Shown here: positions 58,926 through 64,000 of the stretch, piece by piece | Layout of the letters: each line of letters opens with the position of its first letter | Numbering within the stretch: the first letter of the stretch is position 1 | Source: an uncultured delta proteobacterium | Lineage (GTDB): Bacteria; Desulfobacterota; Desulfomonilia; Desulfomonilales; Desulfomonilaceae | DNA: 64,000 bases | Reading direction: 5' to 3' | Assembly: GCA_963711335.1 (NCBI GenBank) | Contig: CAVQDX010000040.1 | Coordinates: 171,267-235,266 of the forward strand | Made by a program: the position numbers and the translations under genes | Notes under the pieces: generated by a model | Database searches by the model: none | Told to the model about the DNA's origin: nothing | The model's input: the letters and a program-made list of their open reading frames with translations, nothing else

Positions 58926-59149
58926 GTGCCACATCCAAATCCGGTTTCGTCGCCACTCGCAACGGATTCTAATACTGGTCCTTTCAAACAAAGGAGAAAT
59001 AGCAATACTGAACAAAATCCCTTCCATTCACTTTGATAACGCTCCGCCTTGTTGCCAGACACTCCTAAAGTGTGATAATTCTTTAAAAATGGCGAAATTC
59101 GGGCCTGAGCCGAGCGACTATGAGTCTCACATCAAGGCTGGGAGGATTT

Positions 59150-61783
59150 ATGACCGGCGCTGAGTTGCGTGAAGAGTTTCTAAAATATTTTGAAGCCCAA
59201 GGACACACAAGAGTGGAAAGTTCATCCCTGATACCCAGTGGAGACGCGACTCTACTTTTTACAAACGCCGGAATGGTTCAATTCAAGGGCGTGTTCACGG
59301 GGAAAGAACATCGACAGTACAAAAGAGCGGTAACGGCTCAGAAGTGCCTGCGAGTAAGCGGCAAACATAACGACTTGGAGAATGTTGGCCAAACAGCCCG
59401 GCATCACACGTTTTTCGAGATGCTCGGGAACTTTTCATTTGGCGATTATTTCAAAGAGGACGCCGTAGCTTTCGCCTGGGAATTCCTCACAAAGAGGCTT
59501 GCGCTACCCAAAAAGCAACTGCATGTCACGATTTATCTGGACGACGATTCTGCTAACAGCATTTGGAAAAAGGTGTTAGGAAGCGGAGCCAACCCTATTA
59601 TCCGTCTGGGCGAAAAGGACAACTTTTGGAGTATGGGTGATACCGGACCATGCGGCCCGTGTTCCGAGATACATATTGATCAGGGAGAGAGGCTGGGCTG
59701 CGGTTCCCCAGATTGCGGCCCTGACTGCGATTGTGACAGATTCCTCGAACTGTGGAACCTCGTTTTCATGCAGTATGATCGAGACTCTTCCGGTAGGCTT
59801 GCGCCGTTGCCCCGTCCTTCGATTGACACGGGTCTTGGGCTGGAAAGGCTGGCTGCGGTAATCCAGGGTAAGGACAGCAACTGGGACTCAGATATATTCG
59901 AGCCTATAATTAGCAGGATCGAGGATCTATCAGGCAAAGGTCGCGAATCAGGGCCGAACGAAACGGTAGCTATCAGGGTAATAGCTGATCACAGCAGAGC
60001 CGCCGCCTTCCTGATCGCGGACGGAGTGCTGCCTTCAAACGAGGGCAGAGGCTATGTCTTGAGAAGGATAATGCGACGGGCCTTACGTTATGGCAAAAGA
60101 TTGGGGCTGGATGAACCTTTTCTGTACAACACCGCCTCGGTCGTAGTTGAGACCATGGCCCCCGTGTACCCCGAACTTGAAACCAGACGAGCTTTAATAG
60201 ATGAAGTCATCAAAAACGAAGAGGAACGTTTTCTTCAGACCCTGACACGCGGACTAGCTCTTTTTGATGAGGAAATAACCCGTCTAAGCAATTCCGGGAG
60301 CCTAGAGATTCCTGGAGCCGTGGCTTTTCGACTCTATGACACGTTTGGTTTCCCCAGAGACCTGACTGAGGACCTTGCCAGAGAGTCTGGAATGGTCGTT
60401 GACCACAAAGGTTTCGAAACTGAGATGGCCAAACAAAAAGAGATGGCTCGTCAAGCATGGGACGGAAGCGGCAGCTTAGAAACCACGGTTCCGTGGGAAG
60501 CTGTCCAAGACCTTGGGGCGGTAGAATTTACCGGCTATGACAGACTTGAAGACACCGGGGCAATTACGGCCATTTTAAGAGACGGTAACAGGATCGCCAA
60601 AACAGGAGCAGGCGATATTGTCTCGATCATCACTGACAGAACCCCATTCTATGGTGAATCCGGGGGACAGGTTGGGGACCATGGAGCTATCGCCAAAGAC
60701 GGAGCGGAACTGGAAGTTCAGGACACTACCCGACTAGGATCAACGCTGATAGTTCACAAGGGAATTGTGAAATCAGGTTCATTCTCAGTCGGAGATGTCG
60801 TTTCGCTAGAGGTCGAAACAGGGATAAGAAGGTCGATCATGGCCAATCACTCCGCCACACACCTTCTCCAGTGGGCCTTAAGAGAAGTTCTTGGACCACA
60901 CGTCAACCAGAGAGGATCTCTCGTAGAACCCAACAGACTCCGTTTCGATTTCACTCACTTTTCCTCCATAACAGACGAGGAACTGGAGCGAGTTGAAAAC
61001 CTCGTTAATGAAAGGATCCTTGAAGACATCGATGTGACAGTCCTGGAGATGCCCATCGAAAAGGCTGTAGAGATGGGGGCAACGGCTCTGTTTGGGGAGA
61101 AATATGGAAATGATGTAAGAGTTGTATCAGTGGGCGAATTCAGCAAGGAGTTATGCGGTGGGACTCACGCGTCTCGGACTGGAGAGATTGGGCTGTTTAA
61201 AATCACTTCCGAGGGAGGTATTGCTTCAGGAGTCCGTAGAGTCGAAGCTGTGACGGGAATGGGTGTGATATCTTACCTACGCAAAGTGGAAAATGAATTG
61301 AACCAGGTTGGTATCCGGCTTCGCGCCGCAAAGGGCGATGTGGTCAAGAAACTTGACAAGCTCATTGAGGAAAAGAAGGCAAAAGATCGGGAGATATCTG
61401 ATATCAAGCAAAAGTTCGCTCGTCGGGAAGGGTCTGATATCATAGAAGGCATAAAGGAAATTAATGGCGTCAAGGTGCTGATCCAAATCGTTGAAGATAT
61501 CCACAATCCGAAAGAATTGAGAGAACATGCGGACAGAATAAAAGACAAACTCAAATCGGGTGTGGCTTTGTTAGGGGCGAGAGCTGATGGCAAAGCCTTT
61601 CTGTTGGCGCTGGTAACGAAGGATCTTACCGACAGATTTCACGCAGGAAACATTGTCAAGCGGGTCGCTGAATCTATCGGAGGTTCGGGAGGAGGACGTC
61701 CCGACATGGCTCAAGCAGGCGCCCCGGATGTGGAATCTTTAGATGAAGCGATCAATTCAGCGGTGAAATTTATTTTTCCTTGA
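59150..61783 (+). CDS. alaS: alanine--tRNA ligase
   Basis: FLKYFEAQGHTRVESSSLIP..DATLLFTNAGMVQFK, the HH..FFEMLGNFSFGDYFK motif, the editing domain HSATHLL and a C-terminal DHHA1-like end. GGGAGG lies before the ATG at 59150. Intact. Confidence 0.95.
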   Translation: MTGAELREEFLKYFEAQGHTRVESSSLIPSGDATLLFTNAGMVQFKGVFTGKEHRQYKRAVTAQKCLRVSGKHNDLENVGQTARHHTFFEMLGNFSFGDYFKEDAVAFAWEFLTKRLALPKKQLHVTIYLDDDSANSIWKKVLGSGANPIIRLGEKDNFWSMGDTGPCGPCSEIHIDQGERLGCGSPDCGPDCDCDRFLELWNLVFMQYDRDSSGRLAPLPRPSIDTGLGLERLAAVIQGKDSNWDSDIFEPIISRIEDLSGKGRESGPNETVAIRVIADHSRAAAFLIADGVLPSNEGRGYVLRRIMRRALRYGKRLGLDEPFLYNTASVVVETMAPVYPELETRRALIDEVIKNEEERFLQTLTRGLALFDEEITRLSNSGSLEIPGAVAFRLYDTFGFPRDLTEDLARESGMVVDHKGFETEMAKQKEMARQAWDGSGSLETTVPWEAVQDLGAVEFTGYDRLEDTGAITAILRDGNRIAKTGAGDIVSIITDRTPFYGESGGQVGDHGAIAKDGAELEVQDTTRLGSTLIVHKGIVKSGSFSVGDVVSLEVETGIRRSIMANHSATHLLQWALREVLGPHVNQRGSLVEPNRLRFDFTHFSSITDEELERVENLVNERILEDIDVTVLEMPIEKAVEMGATALFGEKYGNDVRVVSVGEFSKELCGGTHASRTGEIGLFKITSEGGIASGVRRVEAVTGMGVISYLRKVENELNQVGIRLRAAKGDVVKKLDKLIEEKKAKDREISDIKQKFARREGSDIIEGIKEINGVKVLIQIVEDIHNPKELREHADRIKDKLKSGVALLGARADGKAFLLALVTKDLTDRFHAGNIVKRVAESIGGSGGGRPDMAQAGAPDVESLDEAINSAVKFIFP

Positions 61784-61821
61784 GTAACGAAAATCAGCCA
61801 ATGTTTGCGGGAGATCAACAG

Positions 61822-61992
61822 ATGGACATAAATGAAAGTAATGAGGTGTACGGTCGAATCACGAGGGTCATTAACGAACTCAAGATGTCCAGGCAATCTG
61901 TAACGATTTTCAAAGTGGTAGAATTGACTGGAATCGACCAGTTTGTAGTGTTTCGATATTTTTATGAGAAGGGTTTATTACGCGGCAAATGA
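61822..61992 (+). CDS. hypothetical small protein (56 aa from the ATG with an RBS)
   Basis: GGGAGA lies 7 nt before the ATG at 61822 (MDINESNEVYGRITRVINELKMSRQSVTIFKVVELTGIDQFVVFRYFYEKGLLRGK). The ORF-track version starts at TTG 61780, overlapping the alaS stop. Confidence 0.3.
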   Translation: MDINESNEVYGRITRVINELKMSRQSVTIFKVVELTGIDQFVVFRYFYEKGLLRGK

Positions 61993-62000
61993 CGAATATG

Positions 62001-63680
62001 TCACTCATCCAGCACACCTGGCGGGAGTTTGTCTTTATTGGCAGGGACCCCAGTCCCGGGTTCTTCGTCGATCCCGGACGAATCAAATGTGTCAGGAGCG
62101 AGCTTGTCAAAATTTTTGTCCGCAACCTTGAACTCCAGTCCGTATTCTTTGGCTTTGGCAATATAAGAACCCGAGTCTAGTCTCACCTCTCCGGCGACTG
62201 AGACCCTCACAGCCGCAGCCCCTTCCACAGGACACTTATTTTCACACCACCCACACCCGGCGCATCGATTGGCGTGAACAACAGGGACGCCATTCTTTCG
62301 TCCTTCAGCAGGTTGAAAAGAAATCGCATGGTAAGGGCAGACCTCGCCACACACTAGACATTTCTTGTCCTGATTCCAGACGAGACAGTTTTGCCGGTCA
62401 ATCCAGGCTGTTCCAATTTTTGCCTGAATCTTTTCCTCTACGGGCAGCTTCCTGATGGCGCCTGTCGGGCATACAGAACCGCAGATTGCGCAGTTAACGG
62501 CGCAAGCGGCCAACCTTGGAACAAGTGTTGGGCTGAATAACCCTTCCAGTCCAGCTTTCAGCCATATCGGCTGTAAAGTGTTCGTAGCGCAGGCCTTCAT
62601 ACATAGTCCGCACCGAACGCACAGTTTTAAGAATTCAAACTCGGGAATCGCGCCTGGAGGACGAATCAAATCAGCCGGAGTAACCGCCCTCTCCTGTCCC
62701 AATAAACGTGGCTGATTCCAGCCAGTTCTTGTCAGAGACGCCAGAGTCAGCCCAGAAAAAGCAGAGAGCAAAATGCCTCTCCTCGTAATATCCGGCGTAA
62801 TGGAGGCGCTGTCCGTAGAACCGCGACCGGTAAAAAAGGAAATGGCGTTCTCAGGACATAGCTTCTTACAACGACGACAAACCAGGCAATCCTGGAAGCT
62901 TGTCGTGTGCGGATCTTCTCCAATGGCTGCCGTGGGACAATTCCTTACACATCGTCCACACTGGGTGCACGAAGAGCTGACATTCCTACGAATAAGGGGT
63001 CTTCTCGACAGGATCGCCAGCATCGCTCCCGCCGGGCACAAGAACGAACACCAGAACCTGGGAGAAATTATAGCCAGCGCTGAAACAAAGAATATAAACC
63101 CGGCGATGAAATAATTGGCAGCGGAAACTCTGCGTGAAATCTGAACGTAGGCGAGATCGGGGAAGAATTTATAAAGGGGAGAGGCAAGATCCAGCCCTGT
63201 GTCAACTATTGAAAGTAAAATCGGATACGCCACTTGCCCCCAAAACCGGGTAATAAGAGAAATCGGGGCCACAAGAAAGGCGAGAGACACTCCTCCGACC
63301 GCAGCAGCGAGCACGATTAGCAGAATATAATATTTGATCGAGCGATATTGGGACTTAGAATCATATCCAGATCGTGGAGACCTTAGTCTTGACTTGGGGT
63401 AGATTGCGCCCTGAATCGCATCTATCGTTGTCCCCATGGGACACACATACCCGCAGAATCCCCGTCCGACCACCAGGGCGCTCAACAATACGAGCAATGA
63501 CAGGAGAAAACCTACCTGAAAATGCCGCGACGTTATCAATGTGACGCTGGCAATCAAGGGGTCCAGTTTGAGAAACGTGTCCAGAGGTAAATCAAGTGTT
63601 TCGGGATACGCAGCCCAGATTATCAAAAACAAAAAAGCTGCAAAGCTGATTAGCTGTATTAATCTCTGAAATCGAATCAA
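62001..63680 (-). CDS. membrane-bound polyferredoxin (NapH/MauN-like N-terminus plus multiple 4Fe-4S domains)
   Basis: 559 aa with N-terminal TM helices carrying CGYVCPMGT and WCSFLCPAGA motifs, then six Cys clusters (CTQCGRCVRNCP, CLVCRRCKKLCP, CVRCGLCMKACA, CAICGSVCP, CLVCGEVCP, CAGCGWCENKCP). Confidence 0.75.
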   Translation of the reverse strand: MIRFQRLIQLISFAAFLFLIIWAAYPETLDLPLDTFLKLDPLIASVTLITSRHFQVGFLLSLLVLLSALVVGRGFCGYVCPMGTTIDAIQGAIYPKSRLRSPRSGYDSKSQYRSIKYYILLIVLAAAVGGVSLAFLVAPISLITRFWGQVAYPILLSIVDTGLDLASPLYKFFPDLAYVQISRRVSAANYFIAGFIFFVSALAIISPRFWCSFLCPAGAMLAILSRRPLIRRNVSSSCTQCGRCVRNCPTAAIGEDPHTTSFQDCLVCRRCKKLCPENAISFFTGRGSTDSASITPDITRRGILLSAFSGLTLASLTRTGWNQPRLLGQERAVTPADLIRPPGAIPEFEFLKLCVRCGLCMKACATNTLQPIWLKAGLEGLFSPTLVPRLAACAVNCAICGSVCPTGAIRKLPVEEKIQAKIGTAWIDRQNCLVWNQDKKCLVCGEVCPYHAISFQPAEGRKNGVPVVHANRCAGCGWCENKCPVEGAAAVRVSVAGEVRLDSGSYIAKAKEYGLEFKVADKNFDKLAPDTFDSSGIDEEPGTGVPANKDKLPPGVLDE

Positions 63681-64000
63681 ACGCTGATCTTCTTTATGTT
63701 CAAATTCTCGAGATCTATTCTTCCAAGTCCGCGTTCAGCCGCAATTCGGATGTGTTTAATTTGTTTGGGCTGAAGTTTCTTCCCATACCATTTTCCCAGG
63801 GCCGTCATCTGGGCGTCTGCAGCCACCATGTCTGTTGAGGCTATCACGAGATCCATTGGGATAACTTCTCCAGGCCCGCCAGGTCCACCGGTGCTCAGAA
63901 TTCTTGTCCCATCCATAACTACCAAATGAGGTTTTAGAACGGTCACCATGTCCACGATAGACTCATGAAGATCATACCTATTATGAAACGAGATCCGATC
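63677..64000 (-). CDS. DUF362 domain protein, C-terminal part (N-terminus outside window)
   Basis: ..DLHESIVDMVTVLKPHLVVMDGTRILSTGGPGGPGEVIPMDLVIASTDMVAADAQ.. matches the DUF362 C-terminal region. Overlaps the polyferredoxin start by 4 nt. Confidence 0.6.
   Translation of the reverse strand, partial: DRISFHNRYDLHESIVDMVTVLKPHLVVMDGTRILSTGGPGGPGEVIPMDLVIASTDMVAADAQMTALGKWYGKKLQPKQIKHIRIAAERGLGRIDLENLNIKKISV

Noticed and set aside
58725-58945. Additional sigma-54 promoters at the TGGCACG motifs (minus strand, near 58730 and 58925) upstream of the methyltransferase
   Set aside because: Neither has a GC dinucleotide at the required 11 nt distance from the GG (TGGCACGCCACTAAA and TGGCACGGAGCTGAC).
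1-64000. Programmed +1 ribosomal frameshifting as an explanation for the many net +1 junctions
   Set aside because: The junction contexts are heterogeneous (A, T, G and C runs of 2-8, and some non-homopolymer sites). I saw no shared slippery motif, upstream Shine-Dalgarno stimulator or rare or stop codon at the shift site. Seven shifts within 230 bp of one domain is incompatible with any known recoding mechanism.

Overview
This 64 kb window looks like chromosomal DNA from a Gram-negative anaerobe of the Desulfobacterota (delta-proteobacterial) type. That placement is an inference from gene content: a Tat-exported selenocysteine formate dehydrogenase, many PAS-rich histidine kinases, and sigma-54 enhancer-binding proteins. 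Left to right the window holds: glycogen catabolism (glgP, pgm); a five-gene two-component/HD-GYP phosphorelay operon; sodB; an RNB ribonuclease; a sigma-54-controlled pair of secreted repeat proteins with their PAS-AAA+ activator; YefM-YoeB; an acyl-CoA synthetase; padR-modABC-fdhAB plus a ModE-like gene; a PiT/PhoU-like pair; a large hybrid kinase; a znuACB operon extended by a large outer-membrane barrel and a DUF4198 protein; a nucleotidyl cyclase; another PAS/GAF hybrid kinase; a TolC-family protein; an M20 peptidase; RelE-Phd; a housekeeping block (rsmA, mnmE, ctc, prs, alaS); an orphan DNA methyltransferase; and a membrane polyferredoxin with DUF362. I found no rRNA, tRNA, CRISPR array, transposase or integrase. 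Three observations stand out. (1) At least 34 reading-frame breaks occur in 15 otherwise clearly recognisable genes. 33 of them are net +1, many sit in short homopolymers, and 20 fall in the first 10.6 kb, including 7 within about 230 bp of the HD-GYP gene. This looks more like indel artefact than natural decay, but it needs read-level checking. (2) A regulatory cassette of about 250 bp (activator 3' end, conserved spacer with a dyad, sigma-54 promoter) is present twice, with a third partial copy. Two of the three sigma-54 promoters found sit next to truncated activator relics. (3) The znuACB operon continues into an uncharacterised barrel of about 600 aa and a CbiK-like DUF4198 protein, suggesting an envelope-spanning metal uptake unit. 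All coordinates of motifs and frameshift junctions were hand-derived and are approximate to a few nucleotides unless tied to an ORF boundary.
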